Program-made: the position numbers and the translations under genes | Assembly (NCBI GenBank): GCA_022844165.1 | Contig: JALHMH010000044.1 | Location: 1 to 36,939 of the forward strand | Source: Lysobacterales bacterium | Lineage (GTDB): Bacteria; Pseudomonadota; Gammaproteobacteria; Xanthomonadales; SZUA-5 | Direction of reading: 5' to 3' | DNA: 36,939 nucleotides | Shown here: in pieces, positions 25,448-35,446 of the stretch | Layout of the letters: each line of letters begins with the position of its first letter | How positions within the stretch are numbered: position 1 is the stretch's first letter | Notes under the pieces: generated by a model | Seen by the model: the letters and a program-made list of their open reading frames with translations, nothing else | Told to the model about the DNA's origin: nothing | The model's database searches: none

Positions 25448-27754
25448 ATGTCCATTTCCGAGCAGCTCAAACAAAGCGCACTCGAGTATCACCGACAACA
25501 TCCGCCGGGAAAAATAAAAGTCACGCCGACGAAGGCGCTGACAACGCAGCGCGATCTTTCGCTTGCCTACTCGCCGGGCGTTGCGGCCGCCTGCGAAGCG
25601 ATCGTTGACGATCCGGAGCAAGCCTCCAGCTTGACGGCGCGCGCCAATCTGGTGGCCGTTATTACCAACGGAACGGCAGTATTGGGGCTGGGTGCGATCG
25701 GTCCGCTGGCAGCTAAGCCGGTGATGGAAGGCAAGGGCGTGCTGTTTCAGAAGTTCGCCGGGATCGACGTGTTCGATATCGAGATCGATGAGCGCGATCC
25801 GGACAAACTGGTCGACATCATCGCCAGCCTTGAACCGACATTCGGCGGCATCAACCTTGAGGACATCAAAGCACCCGAGTGCTTTATCGTCGAGCGAAAG
25901 CTACGCGAACGCAGCAAAATTCCTGTGTTCCACGACGACCAACACGGCACCGCAATCATTGTGGGTGCGGCAATGGTCAATGCGCTGCATGTGATCGGTA
26001 AGGACATCGGCGCCATCAAATTGGCCGTGTCAGGTGCCGGTGCGGCAGGCATTGCGTGCCTGGACATGCTTGTGCAACTTGGCGTCAACAAAGACAACAT
26101 CTGGGTCACCGATCGCTGTGGCATGGTCTACCACGGCAGGCCGCAGGAGATGGACGCGGACAAGCTGCGCTACGCGCGCAACACCGAGCTGCGAACGTTG
26201 GACGACGCGATCGTCGGTGCTGACGTGTTTTTGGGGCTGTCTGCGGCGGGCGTGTTGAAGCCATCGATGGTCGCCAGGATGGCCGAGCGGCCAATTATCC
26301 TGGCGCTTGCGAATCCAACGCCTGAGATCATGCCTGACGAGGCGCTGGCGGTTCGACCGGATGCCATCATTGCCACCGGCCGTTCGGATTTTCCGAATCA
26401 AGTGAACAACGCCTTGTGCTTCCCGTACATATTCCGTGGTGCGTTGGATGTCGGCGCAACGACCATTACCGAGCCGATGAAACTCGCTTGCGTGCACGCC
26501 ATCGCCAAACTGGCTCGCGAGGGCGCATCCGACGTGGCAGCGGCTGCTTACGGCGGCGAAGTGCGCGCTTTCGGGCCTGAGTATTTGATCCCGCAACCGT
26601 TCGATCCGCGTCTCCTGGTGCGTTTGGCGCCCGCCGTCGCCGAAGCGGCGATGGCCTCTGGCGTGGCACGTCGGCCCATCTCCGACATGAATGCCTATCG
26701 GCAAACATTGACGCAGTTCATCTTCCGCACGGGCTTGATGATGAAGCCGGTGTTCGAGGTCGCGCGACGCGACCCGAAACGTGTGTGCTTCGCCGAGGGC
26801 GAAGAAGAGATCGTGTTGCGCAGCGTTCAAACCATACTGGAGGAGGGTTTCGCCAAGCCGATTCTGATCGGGCGCCCTGCGGTCATCGAACAACGCATTG
26901 CGCGAATGGGGCTGAAAATCCGTCCGGGTCTGGACTTCGACGTGACCAATATCGATTCGGATCCGCGTTATCAGGAGTACTGGCAGCACTACCATCGCAT
27001 CATGGAACGCAATGGCGTGACGCCAGCGAACGCCAAGGCGATCGTGCGCTCCCGATCGAGCGTGATCGGTGCCTTGATGGTCGAGCGCGGCGAGGCGGAC
27101 GCGATGATCAGCGGTATCGTTGGTCGGTTCCCGCGCAAGTTGCAATATGCGCAAGAAGTCGTGGGGCTGGAACCTGGTGTCGATAAACCGGCGGCCATGA
27201 GCGCGATTACTTGCGATGCTGGCACGTTCTTTTTCCTGGACACCTACGTCAATCACGATCCGACGGCCGAACAGTTGGCAAAAGCCACACTGATGGCAGT
27301 CGAGCGGTTGCGGGTGTTCGGCATCAAACCGAAAGTGGCGCTGCTATCCCATTCGAACTTCGGCAGCGATTGGAGCCCGAGCAGTCGCAAGATGCAAAAG
27401 GTCCTGGCGCTGCTTCGCGATCAAGCGCCCGACCTTGAGGTTGAGGGCGAAATGCACGCCGACTCGGCGCTCGATCCCGCCATCCGCGATCGAGTTTTCC
27501 CCAGCTCTAGATTGCGCGGACAAGCCAACGTGTTCGTATTCCCGAATCTCGATTCGGCCAACATCAGCTTCAATATGGTGCGCGTGCTGACTAATGGCGT
27601 GAGCCTGGGTCCCATTGTGATGGGCCTCAAGAAACCCTGCTACGTATTGACTAATTCCGCGACTGTGCGCCGGATCGTCAATATGACTGCCCTGGCCGTG
27701 GTTGAGGCGCAAGTCCGTCAGCGCCAAGGCCTGGAGGTAGCCGGAAGCTTGTGA
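25448..27754 (+). CDS. maeB: NADP-dependent malic enzyme with a phosphotransacetylase-like C-terminal domain
   Basis: [58 protein letters not shown]; PTA-like half with [10 protein letters not shown] and EGEMHAD. Confidence 0.97.
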   Translation: MSISEQLKQSALEYHRQHPPGKIKVTPTKALTTQRDLSLAYSPGVAAACEAIVDDPEQASSLTARANLVAVITNGTAVLGLGAIGPLAAKPVMEGKGVLFQKFAGIDVFDIEIDERDPDKLVDIIASLEPTFGGINLEDIKAPECFIVERKLRERSKIPVFHDDQHGTAIIVGAAMVNALHVIGKDIGAIKLAVSGAGAAGIACLDMLVQLGVNKDNIWVTDRCGMVYHGRPQEMDADKLRYARNTELRTLDDAIVGADVFLGLSAAGVLKPSMVARMAERPIILALANPTPEIMPDEALAVRPDAIIATGRSDFPNQVNNALCFPYIFRGALDVGATTITEPMKLACVHAIAKLAREGASDVAAAAYGGEVRAFGPEYLIPQPFDPRLLVRLAPAVAEAAMASGVARRPISDMNAYRQTLTQFIFRTGLMMKPVFEVARRDPKRVCFAEGEEEIVLRSVQTILEEGFAKPILIGRPAVIEQRIARMGLKIRPGLDFDVTNIDSDPRYQEYWQHYHRIMERNGVTPANAKAIVRSRSSVIGALMVERGEADAMISGIVGRFPRKLQYAQEVVGLEPGVDKPAAMSAITCDAGTFFFLDTYVNHDPTAEQLAKATLMAVERLRVFGIKPKVALLSHSNFGSDWSPSSRKMQKVLALLRDQAPDLEVEGEMHADSALDPAIRDRVFPSSRLRGQANVFVFPNLDSANISFNMVRVLTNGVSLGPIVMGLKKPCYVLTNSATVRRIVNMTALAVVEAQVRQRQGLEVAGSL

Positions 27755-28563
27755 TGAGCGGTCACGATCCGTTCCCGAAGCGAATCGTTTGCCTCACGGA
27801 GGAACCTACCGAGGTTCTGTATCGCATCGGCGAGCAGCATCGCATCGTGGGTATTTCCGGATTTACCGTGCGTCCGCCCGAGGCGCGGCGAGAGAAACCA
27901 AAAGTGTCGGCGTTTACGTCGGCGAAGATCGATAAGATCCTCGACCTCAAGCCGGATCTGGTGATCGGGTTCTCCGACATCCAGGCCAACATCGCTCGCG
28001 ATTTGATCCGCGCTGGCATCGAGGTCTGGATTAGCAATCATCGTTCGGTGCAGGGCATTCTCGATTACTGCCTGCGCCTCAGCGCGCTGGTCGGCGCGCT
28101 GGAAAAGGGCCAGGCGCTGGTGGTATCGATGCAGCAGGCGATCGATACAGCGCGGCGCAGTGCGGCGGAATTGCCAAATCGTCCGCGTGTCTACGTGGAA
28201 GAGTGGGATGAGCCGAGGATTAGCGGCATTCAATGGGTGTGCGACTTGGTGCGCATCGCGGGCGGGTCCGATATCTTTCCCGAACGTGCGGCGTGTTCGC
28301 TGGCCAAAGATCGGATCTTGGCTGATGACAGTCAGATCATTGAACGTGCGCCGGAGTTGATCATCGGTTCTTGGTGCGGCAAACGATTTTCGCCGCAGCG
28401 GGTCAGCGAACGCACAGGGTGGCAGGCGATACCGGCGGTTCAAAACCACAACTTGATCGAAATCAAGAGTGCGTTGCTGCTGCAACCTGGACCCGCCGCC
28501 ATTCTTGACGCGCTGCCACTCTTGACCCGAGCCATTTCCAATACAGCCAATCGGCGGCCATGA
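27754..28563 (+). CDS. Cobalamin/Fe-siderophore-binding-like helical-backbone metal receptor (BtuF-like)
   Basis: PKRIVCLTEEPTEVLY.IG...IVGISGFTVRPP.AR.EKPKVSAFTSA...PRVY.EEWDEP.IS. ATG overlaps the maeB TGA. Confidence 0.82.
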   Translation: MSGHDPFPKRIVCLTEEPTEVLYRIGEQHRIVGISGFTVRPPEARREKPKVSAFTSAKIDKILDLKPDLVIGFSDIQANIARDLIRAGIEVWISNHRSVQGILDYCLRLSALVGALEKGQALVVSMQQAIDTARRSAAELPNRPRVYVEEWDEPRISGIQWVCDLVRIAGGSDIFPERAACSLAKDRILADDSQIIERAPELIIGSWCGKRFSPQRVSERTGWQAIPAVQNHNLIEIKSALLLQPGPAAILDALPLLTRAISNTANRRP

Positions 28564-29294
28564 GTCGTTGGACTTTACTGCCGTCATCCAGCGCCTGGCG
28601 AGCATCACACCCGGTCTGGTCGCGCCAATTCGCCCGAGCGGTGGCGCTGCCGTCGGCGGCGCCTGGACTGCATGGCGCAATGCCGTCGCGAATGCCCTAC
28701 GCGCAGTGTCTGGCTGGTGGCGAGCAGGCGCTGATCGCAGATCTGGTCGTCGCACAGGCCGATGCGACTGGGGCACGGATCATGCGGCTCGGTATCGATG
28801 CCCTCGAAAAGGAACGAAGTCTGCAACTGCAATCGATGCTTGAGCGGTGGCTGCCGGCAGAGGTGTCGTTGGAAGAGATTCGTCCAGGGCGTTGGCTGCT
28901 TCGAGCGCCGGGTCAGAACTTTCGCGGCCTGGGAGCGATCGACCCGGAGGGTGTGCTCGGAGCGCAACTGACCCATTGGTTGCCACAACACCTGTGGTTG
29001 GCGAAGTTATGCAACGAACTGCAGATGGCACTTGCAACCACGCCCGATGCTGCGCCATGGAATATGCTCTGGTGTTGGGGCGAGACTTGCGAAGTTCAGT
29101 CGTTGCGGTCCATCGTCAGTGAGGATCCGCTATTGCGCGCGCTGCCGATAGCCGCTGAAGCGGCGTTGGATTTGCTGGACTGGCGCATTTTGCCAGCCGA
29201 TGCGCCTCTGCCCGCCGGGCATTATCGCAGTCTGGATGGCAGCGGTTGGCGCATCAATCCATGGAATGCCTGGCGTGCCCGCGTAGGTTTTTGA
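28560..29294 (+). CDS. RpfE-type / phosphoglycerate-mutase-like protein
   Basis: AD.V...AD..GARIM, PGRWLL, P..VLG..L..WLP, L.NELQM.L, N.LW.WG match the pattern I recall for Xanthomonas RpfE-like proteins. This copy is divergent and short. Confidence 0.55.
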   Translation: MSRWTLLPSSSAWRASHPVWSRQFARAVALPSAAPGLHGAMPSRMPYAQCLAGGEQALIADLVVAQADATGARIMRLGIDALEKERSLQLQSMLERWLPAEVSLEEIRPGRWLLRAPGQNFRGLGAIDPEGVLGAQLTHWLPQHLWLAKLCNELQMALATTPDAAPWNMLWCWGETCEVQSLRSIVSEDPLLRALPIAAEAALDLLDWRILPADAPLPAGHYRSLDGSGWRINPWNAWRARVGF

Positions 29295-29319
29295 GATGAA
29301 CGCGGAGCGTTCTTGCGGA

Positions 29320-29348
29320 TTGACACCATCGCAAGCGGTCTTTACGAT
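29320..29348 (+). promoter_or_regulatory. Sigma-70 promoter for yceD-rpmF-fabH
   Basis: TTGACA (29320-29325), 17-bp spacer, TACGAT (29343-29348), then a GC-rich discriminator and ATG at 29358. Confidence 0.75.
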
Positions 29349-29357
29349 TCGCCGGCT

Positions 29358-29858
29358 ATGCCGACGTCATTGCCAGAGCGAGTCGATGTGCAGCGCGCCG
29401 TCGCGGCGGGACGCGAGTTTGTGGGTCGATTTTCATTGGAATACTGCAAACGCCTCGCTGGCATGTTGGTGGATACGTCGGGAGAGGTAAACTATCGATT
29501 GGTGTTCGGTCGTGCCGTCACGGGAACGCCCAAAGCCCGGATCGAGGCGGATGTGGCGTTACCGTTGCTGTGTCAGAGCACGCTGGAGCGATATCTGCAT
29601 CCAGTGTCAGTCAGAAGCGATCTTGGTTTCATTTGGCGTGAGGACGATGAATCGTCTTTGCCCGCCGGTCTGGAACCTGCATTGGTGACGGATGACGGCA
29701 TCGATCCGCTTGCACTGATCGAAGATGAGTTGATTTTGGCTGTGCCGGTTTTGCCGCGCCGGCCCGGGGCGCCGGCCGTGGAAGCGAGCTTTGCGCCCGT
29801 TGAGGACAAGCCAAATCCGTTCGCGGCCTTGGCGAGCATGAAGAAAAAGCCGGCCTGA
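29358..29858 (+). CDS. yceD: YceD (DUF177) family protein
   Basis: [32 protein letters not shown]; directly upstream of rpmF. Confidence 0.92.
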   Translation: MPTSLPERVDVQRAVAAGREFVGRFSLEYCKRLAGMLVDTSGEVNYRLVFGRAVTGTPKARIEADVALPLLCQSTLERYLHPVSVRSDLGFIWREDDESSLPAGLEPALVTDDGIDPLALIEDELILAVPVLPRRPGAPAVEASFAPVEDKPNPFAALASMKKKPA

Positions 29859-29904
29859 TGGCCATCGATTTTCACGGAAGAATTGTCGTTTAAGGAGTGA
29901 CACC

Positions 29905-30105
29905 ATGGCTGTGCAGAAAAGCCGCAAGACCCCATCCAAGCGCGGCATGCGTCGTTCGCACGATGCGCTCAGAGCGCCGACCTTGGCAACGGACAAGACC
30001 AGTGGTGAAGTTCACCTGCGGCATCATGTCACCAAGGATGGCTATTACCGCGGCAAGAAAGTGATCGACTCGAAGGTTGCTGTTGAAGCCGAAGCGGCAG
30101 AGTGA
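29905..30105 (+). CDS. rpmF: 50S ribosomal protein L32
   Basis: [20 protein letters not shown]...[20 protein letters not shown]; TAAGGAG RBS. Confidence 0.97.
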   Translation: MAVQKSRKTPSKRGMRRSHDALRAPTLATDKTSGEVHLRHHVTKDGYYRGKKVIDSKVAVEAEAAE

Positions 30106-31073
30106 GCCATCACGTCCGAATTATCGGCACGGGCAGCCACTTGCCCGAGCGGGTGATGACCAATGCGGAGTTTGAGGCGCGCATCGAAACCACCGATGAG
30201 TGGATTCGCGAGCGCACCGGAATCGAGCAACGTCACGTGGCCGCTGACGGCGAGACCACAAGCGACCTGGCGCTGGTCGCAGCGCAGCGGGCATTGGAAG
30301 CCGCTGGCGTGTCCGCCAGCGAGCTGGATCTGATCGTTGTTGGCACAACGACGCCGGACATCATTTTTCCGAGCACCGCATGCTTGCTGCAACATCGGCT
30401 CGGTGCGAGAGACTGCCCGGCTTTCGATGTGAATGCGGCTTGCACCGGATTCTTGTATGCATTGTCCATCGCCGAGAAATTCGTCCGGACGGGCGCGGCG
30501 CATAACGCGCTGGTGGTCGGCGCAGAAACCCTGACGCGCATGCTCGATTGGAGCGATCGCGGAACCTGCGTGTTGTTTGGTGATGGCGCAGGGGCTGTTG
30601 TACTGCGTGCTGATTCGCAGCCGGGTGTCGTGTCGACACATATTCACGCCGACGGGCAATATCAAAACCTGCTTTACAACCCGGTGGGTGTCTCCCGGGG
30701 GTTCAAAGATGAGCCGAATCACGGAGTTCGGGTCATGATGAGCGGCAATGAAGTGTTTCGTGTTGCGGTGCGCACCTTATCGCGCATTGTCGACGAGACG
30801 CTCGCCGCGAATCGTCTGGGCAAGGAGGCGATCGATTGGCTCGTGCCACATCAGGCCAATCTGCGCATCATCAGCGCGACGGCCAAACATCTGGACATGC
30901 CGATGGACAAGGTCATTGTCACGGTCAACAAGCACGGCAATACGTCCTCAGCCTCGGTGCCCTTGGCGCTCGATCACGGCATCAGAACCGGACAGATCAA
31001 GCCCGGTCAATTGCTGCTGTTGGAGGCGTTTGGCGGAGGGTTTACGTGGGGCTCCGCGCTCGTTCGATTGTGA
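30102..31073 (+). CDS. fabH: Beta-ketoacyl-ACP synthase III
   Basis: [48 protein letters not shown]. Confidence 0.97.
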   Translation: MSHHVRIIGTGSHLPERVMTNAEFEARIETTDEWIRERTGIEQRHVAADGETTSDLALVAAQRALEAAGVSASELDLIVVGTTTPDIIFPSTACLLQHRLGARDCPAFDVNAACTGFLYALSIAEKFVRTGAAHNALVVGAETLTRMLDWSDRGTCVLFGDGAGAVVLRADSQPGVVSTHIHADGQYQNLLYNPVGVSRGFKDEPNHGVRVMMSGNEVFRVAVRTLSRIVDETLAANRLGKEAIDWLVPHQANLRIISATAKHLDMPMDKVIVTVNKHGNTSSASVPLALDHGIRTGQIKPGQLLLLEAFGGGFTWGSALVRL

Positions 31074-31139
31074 GGACCTGCGGCGGCGCATGCGCTGTGC
31101 GGCTATGATGCGCGCCCCGTTCACTGGTCCCGACCGCTC

Positions 31140-32066
31140 ATGAGTATCGCCTGCGTTTTCCCTGGGCAAGGTTCGCAATCGATCGGCATGCTGGCGCCGC
31201 TCGCCGAGCGCTATGCAATCGTTCGCGATGTCTACTCGCAGTGTTCGGATGCGATCGGCGTCGATCTATGGTCGCTCGCACAGCAAGGGCCCGAAGCTGT
31301 GCTGAATGCCACGATCAACACCCAGCCGGTGTTGCTGGCAGCCGGAGTCGCCGTTTTTTACGCGTATCTCGCTGCGGGTGGCAGGCCACCATCGGTACTT
31401 GCCGGGCATAGTCTGGGTGAGTATTGCGCGCTGGTCTGTGCTGGCTCTATGCACCTGACCGCAGCTGCCAAAGTTGTCCGCGAACGCGGCCGCCTGATGC
31501 AGGAAGCAGTGACAGAAGGGCAGGGCGCCATGGCGGCCGTGCTGAACGCAGAACTGCTGATGTTGTCGGATATTTGTGCGGCTGCGAGTACGAACAGCGA
31601 ACCTGTGGTGCCAGCGAATCTCAACGCACCCGGTCAAATCGTGATTTCGGGTCATGCCGCTGCCGTGACCCGTGCGTTGGAAGCGCTGACAGCTGCGGGG
31701 ATACGTCGCGCCATACGCTTGCCGGTGAGTGTGCCCTCGCATTCGCCGATGATGAGAAGTGCGGCAGACGCGCTGTTCGAATACCTGGGTGGCGCCATTA
31801 TGATGCCCCCGACCATTCCGGTGATCGCCAATTTCGACGTACAACCGCACGCCGGTTGGGCGGCCACCCGAGACGCCTTGAGCAAGCAATTGTATTCGCC
31901 GGTCAGATGGATCGAGACAGTCGAGAAGCTGGAGCAAATGGGCGTGACAACGGCTTATGAGTGCGGACCCGGAAAAGTGCTGTGCGGCATGATCAAGCGA
32001 ATCGCGCCGTCCATGGTTGCTCATGCGGTGGGCGACCCAGAGTCGATGCGCGTCGCACTGAGTTGA
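31140..32066 (+). CDS. fabD: Malonyl-CoA-ACP transacylase
   Basis: FPGQGSQ, TQP, GHSLGEY, N.N.PGQIVISG, LPVSVPSHS, PVRW, GPGKVL. Confidence 0.96.
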   Translation: MSIACVFPGQGSQSIGMLAPLAERYAIVRDVYSQCSDAIGVDLWSLAQQGPEAVLNATINTQPVLLAAGVAVFYAYLAAGGRPPSVLAGHSLGEYCALVCAGSMHLTAAAKVVRERGRLMQEAVTEGQGAMAAVLNAELLMLSDICAAASTNSEPVVPANLNAPGQIVISGHAAAVTRALEALTAAGIRRAIRLPVSVPSHSPMMRSAADALFEYLGGAIMMPPTIPVIANFDVQPHAGWAATRDALSKQLYSPVRWIETVEKLEQMGVTTAYECGPGKVLCGMIKRIAPSMVAHAVGDPESMRVALS

Positions 32067-32081
32067 CCCAAAGGCGATGGC

Positions 32082-32756
32082 TTAAACCAGCCGTACATCT
32101 CGTCGATGCAACCATGGTCGCAGAATCAGGGCCAGCAAAACGCCATTGATGAACCCAAAAACGTGGGCCCACCAGGCAACGGCACCGGATCGCGTGCCCA
32201 GCGTTTCGAGAACCTGGAACAGAAGCCAAATGCCGATCAGGTGGACTGCCGGCACGCGCACCAATTGGAAATAGAGTCCAAGTGGCAGCACAATGCCAAG
32301 ATGAGAACGGGGAAATAGCAAAACGTAAGCGCCAATGAGCGCCGAAACGGCGCCACTGGAACCAATGATCGGTGCCTGGGTCAACGGCGCCATCAATGCG
32401 GTAAAGAGGTTTGCAAAAGCGCCAGCAACAAGATAGAGCGCCAGCAACCGCCACGAACCCAGCGTTCGTTCAACGCCCGCGCCGAACAGCCCTAAAAACA
32501 ACAGATTGCCGAAAAGATGTGTCCAATCGGCATGCACGAATAACGCGCTGAACAAGCGCAGACCGGATCCGCTCAGCAGAGCCGAAAAGTTCAGTTTGAT
32601 TTCCGCGGGAACCGTGCCCCAGCTTTGCAGCAGTGCGTAGCGCTCTGCTGGAGGCGCCAATGCCTGCCATACGGCAACAAACAAACAGCAGCAGACCAGC
32701 AGCGGTGTGACGAGTCGCAGCGGCCGGCGGCGTTTCTCTTCTATGCGCACGAACAT
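32082..32756 (-). CDS. Rhomboid family intramembrane serine protease
   Basis: H..W.HL.GN, catalytic GSSG, AWWAHVFGF; multiple TM segments. ATG at 32756 preferred because the longer ORF overlaps gspB. Confidence 0.9.
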   Translation of the reverse strand: MFVRIEEKRRRPLRLVTPLLVCCCLFVAVWQALAPPAERYALLQSWGTVPAEIKLNFSALLSGSGLRLFSALFVHADWTHLFGNLLFLGLFGAGVERTLGSWRLLALYLVAGAFANLFTALMAPLTQAPIIGSSGAVSALIGAYVLLFPRSHLGIVLPLGLYFQLVRVPAVHLIGIWLLFQVLETLGTRSGAVAWWAHVFGFINGVLLALILRPWLHRRDVRLV

Positions 32757-32835
32757 GAGTTTCCCAGTACGACACGGCGCGAGCGATCCATCCGAGCCAG
32801 GCGCCTGGGAGCGCTCGTAGTCCGTTCCACAAAAA

Positions 32836-33747
32836 TTAAAACGTCTGGCGCGGCAACAAAAACTTCTTGCCGCGGAACTCCATGATTGCACCTTCGTCGC
32901 TGATATCCAGCAGCGAAATCTCTGGGCCTGGAGACACACCGTCCAGTTCGTAGCGTTTGCCGTTCAGGACCACAAAGCGCTCCTCACGAACCGGGGAATA
33001 CACATGCATCGACAAATCGAGCTTCGGCAAATCTTTGCGGATCGAGTACGGCAGCTGGTAGACCATCAACATTTGTTGCGCAGGAGGCATCGATTCGATC
33101 GGTGTCGATTCGATCGGCGTCGATGCGGTGCCAACATCAGGCAGGTTCGTTCCCGCATCCATGGCTGTGACAATGCTCTCGGCCGGAGCCGTTGATTCGG
33201 CCACAGGCATCATTGCCGGTGCCGGTGGGCTGGTCTCTTCTGCCGTAGCTGCCGGCGAAGTGACTGCCGTTTCCGCTGTGGCCAGTGGTTGGCCTGATGC
33301 CGGTTGCGCGATCTGGGCGACCTGGGTAGTCGCGTTCGTTGGTGGCGAATAAAGATCTGCACGTTGTGGTACGGCCAGGCCTGCGGAGCCGCCGGTGCCC
33401 GCGGTTCCAGCACCACCCATCGCTACGATCGGTTCGTCCTGGACTGCAGCTGCGATCGGTTGCAGCCGAGCGTCGTTACTCTCTTCGGTACTCGGCTGGG
33501 TTGCCTGCGTCTGCGTCGGTGTCTCGACCGAAGGTGCCGTTTCGGCAAGTCCAGATTTTGCTCCGCGAGGTGTTGTCAGCGTCAGCCATCCGGCGCCGCC
33601 CGCAGCAAGAATCGCCACGGCCACCGTTGGAACGATCCAAGCTGGTCGATCTCGCTGCACGGTGACATAGGGTGTATGCAGTCGCGGTGGTATTCCACGC
33701 GTCCGCTCTGCTTCAGACTTCTTGAGTGCGTCCAAAATCAACGACAT
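32836..33747 (-). CDS. gspB: Type II secretion accessory protein GspB/ExeB
   Basis: N-terminal MSLILDALKKSEAER, TM, Pro/Ala/Thr-rich linker, C-terminal LP.LDLSMHVYS....RFVVLNG; directly downstream of exeA. Confidence 0.9.
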   Translation of the reverse strand: MSLILDALKKSEAERTRGIPPRLHTPYVTVQRDRPAWIVPTVAVAILAAGGAGWLTLTTPRGAKSGLAETAPSVETPTQTQATQPSTEESNDARLQPIAAAVQDEPIVAMGGAGTAGTGGSAGLAVPQRADLYSPPTNATTQVAQIAQPASGQPLATAETAVTSPAATAEETSPPAPAMMPVAESTAPAESIVTAMDAGTNLPDVGTASTPIESTPIESMPPAQQMLMVYQLPYSIRKDLPKLDLSMHVYSPVREERFVVLNGKRYELDGVSPGPEISLLDISDEGAIMEFRGKKFLLPRQTF

Positions 33748-33752
33748 AAACC

Positions 33753-35357
33753 CTAACCTCGCTTCGATTCAAGACGCTCCAACCGCGGGCCTTCCGATGC
33801 ATACGCAGACAGCGCCATTTGCGTTTCTGGTCCGGCAATGCCATCCGCAACCAAGCCCAAACGCAACTGTAGACGTCGCAATCGGCGTTCGAGTTCCGCA
33901 TCGAAGCTGCCATCGAAGGCCGATTCATCCGGCGACAGCAACTGTTGCGTCTCTGCAAGCGCCAGGTGCACACGCACCCATTCTACGCCAGGACCGCTGT
34001 CGCCGCGCTGCAAAGTGCCAGGGAGATAGCTGGGGGCTCGCCATAGCACGCGATAGTCGCCCAGCCAGTTCAACTCAACCAGCGAGCGTGGTACCTCGAT
34101 TCTCTGCCCTGCGACTTCCAGGCGTGCGTTTTGTTCATCGATCCCTTGTAGCAATGTCGACACAAACTGTTCGCCAATTCGAAGCCGCAGGACGACCGGA
34201 CGTTGCAGTGCCGCGAGCCGATTCAAAGGGCCCTGTGCACGCAAGCAGTTGAGGCCAGGCGCAACAATGCCAGCACATTCCCTCAGGTCCTTCAGTGCCT
34301 CGCCTGACACCGGCCAATTGAACATCGCCGCATAACGTTGCCAGGTGCTGTCCTCATGCAGATGCGCGTCTGCCAGCAACGACTGCCAGCGTTGCTCTGC
34401 CGATACTTCTGGAACCACAGGCGCACCAGCCATCGCGGCGGCTGCGGGTTCTGGCGCACGCGGCCAGGAAATTGCAATGACCAGAGCCGTGATCGCGGCC
34501 GCAGCAGCAACGAAATAACGCCAGCTTCGGCGGCGACGCTGGCCGCCATGCAGCGCTTCGTCCGCCGCTTCTTCGACGATGCGTTCGTTGATGCTGTCGA
34601 GCGTTCGCGCATACCCCGCCACCATCGCCCGGTCGGCGATGACATTGATCACTCTGGGTACACCGCCTGAGCGCTTGTGAAGGGCGCGCAATGCAAGTCG
34701 GGTGAACGGCAAGCGCTCGGAGCCGGCAACATGCAGGCGATGGCGAATGTAGGTTTCAGTTTCGTTCGCCTCAAGGGGTGTCAGGTGGTATCGAGCCGTG
34801 ATGCGCTGCGACAACTGGCGCAGCTCCGGCCGATCGAGCAGCGAGCGCAATTCGGGCTGGCCGAGCAGGATGATCTGCAACAACTTTTGCGTTGGCGTCT
34901 CCAGATTGGTCAACAGACGAACCTGCTCCAGCGATTGCACCGACAGGTTTTGCGCCTCGTCGATGATGACCACTACCCGTTCGCCATCGGCGTGCGCCTT
35001 GAGCAGAAAGGCATTCAATTGATCCGTCAGCGCCTTGATGCTGCCCCGGGACCCGGCGATATCGAGGCCTAACTCCTCGCTGATGGTCTCCAGCAGTTCG
35101 ATGGGCGAAAGCAACGGATTGAGGAGGAGTGCAACTCGGGTCTTCTCCGGGAGCTGGTCCAGCAACAGTCGGCACAAAGTGGTCTTGCCAGTACCGACTT
35201 CGCCCGTGAGCTGCACAAATCCGCCCGATCCGCCCTGGCCAACGCCGTAGAGCAGATGTGCCAGGCCGTCCCGATGACGCTCGCTCAAAAAAACGAAGCG
35301 CGGATCGGGTGTGATCGAAAATGGCGGCTGCGACAAGCCGTAGAAGTCGAGGTACAT
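33753..35357 (-). CDS. exeA: ExeA/GspA family AAA ATPase with TM and peptidoglycan-binding domain
   Basis: MYLDFYGL...PFSITPDPRF, Walker A GEVGTGKT, Walker B IIDEAQNL, LGQPEL, GVPRVIN; C-terminal L.RGDSGPGV...GLVADGIAGPET. Confidence 0.93.
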   Translation of the reverse strand: MYLDFYGLSQPPFSITPDPRFVFLSERHRDGLAHLLYGVGQGGSGGFVQLTGEVGTGKTTLCRLLLDQLPEKTRVALLLNPLLSPIELLETISEELGLDIAGSRGSIKALTDQLNAFLLKAHADGERVVVIIDEAQNLSVQSLEQVRLLTNLETPTQKLLQIILLGQPELRSLLDRPELRQLSQRITARYHLTPLEANETETYIRHRLHVAGSERLPFTRLALRALHKRSGGVPRVINVIADRAMVAGYARTLDSINERIVEEAADEALHGGQRRRRSWRYFVAAAAAITALVIAISWPRAPEPAAAAMAGAPVVPEVSAEQRWQSLLADAHLHEDSTWQRYAAMFNWPVSGEALKDLRECAGIVAPGLNCLRAQGPLNRLAALQRPVVLRLRIGEQFVSTLLQGIDEQNARLEVAGQRIEVPRSLVELNWLGDYRVLWRAPSYLPGTLQRGDSGPGVEWVRVHLALAETQQLLSPDESAFDGSFDAELERRLRRLQLRLGLVADGIAGPETQMALSAYASEGPRLERLESKRG

Positions 35358-35446
35358 TGGCTTAGTCTAGAGGAGGGCGATGGCAAGAACTGCGTTGATT
35401 GTCGCCCAGGATTCGTTTTCGACCTTACGGTCATTGAAGGGTTCCC

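Noticed and set aside
23680-27256. Long antisense ORFs 23680..25131 (483 aa) and 26030..27256 (408 aa)
   Set aside because: They mirror well-supported genes. High GC3 suppresses antisense stops, and there are no recognisable motifs.
27700-27760. Cobalamin riboswitch ahead of the BtuF-like gene
   Set aside because: There is no intergenic space (the start overlaps the maeB stop) and no B12-box is visible.
32757-32939. 61-aa N-terminal extension of the rhomboid ORF
   Set aside because: It overlaps the gspB 3' end and is not protein-like. ATG 32756 gives a normal rhomboid.
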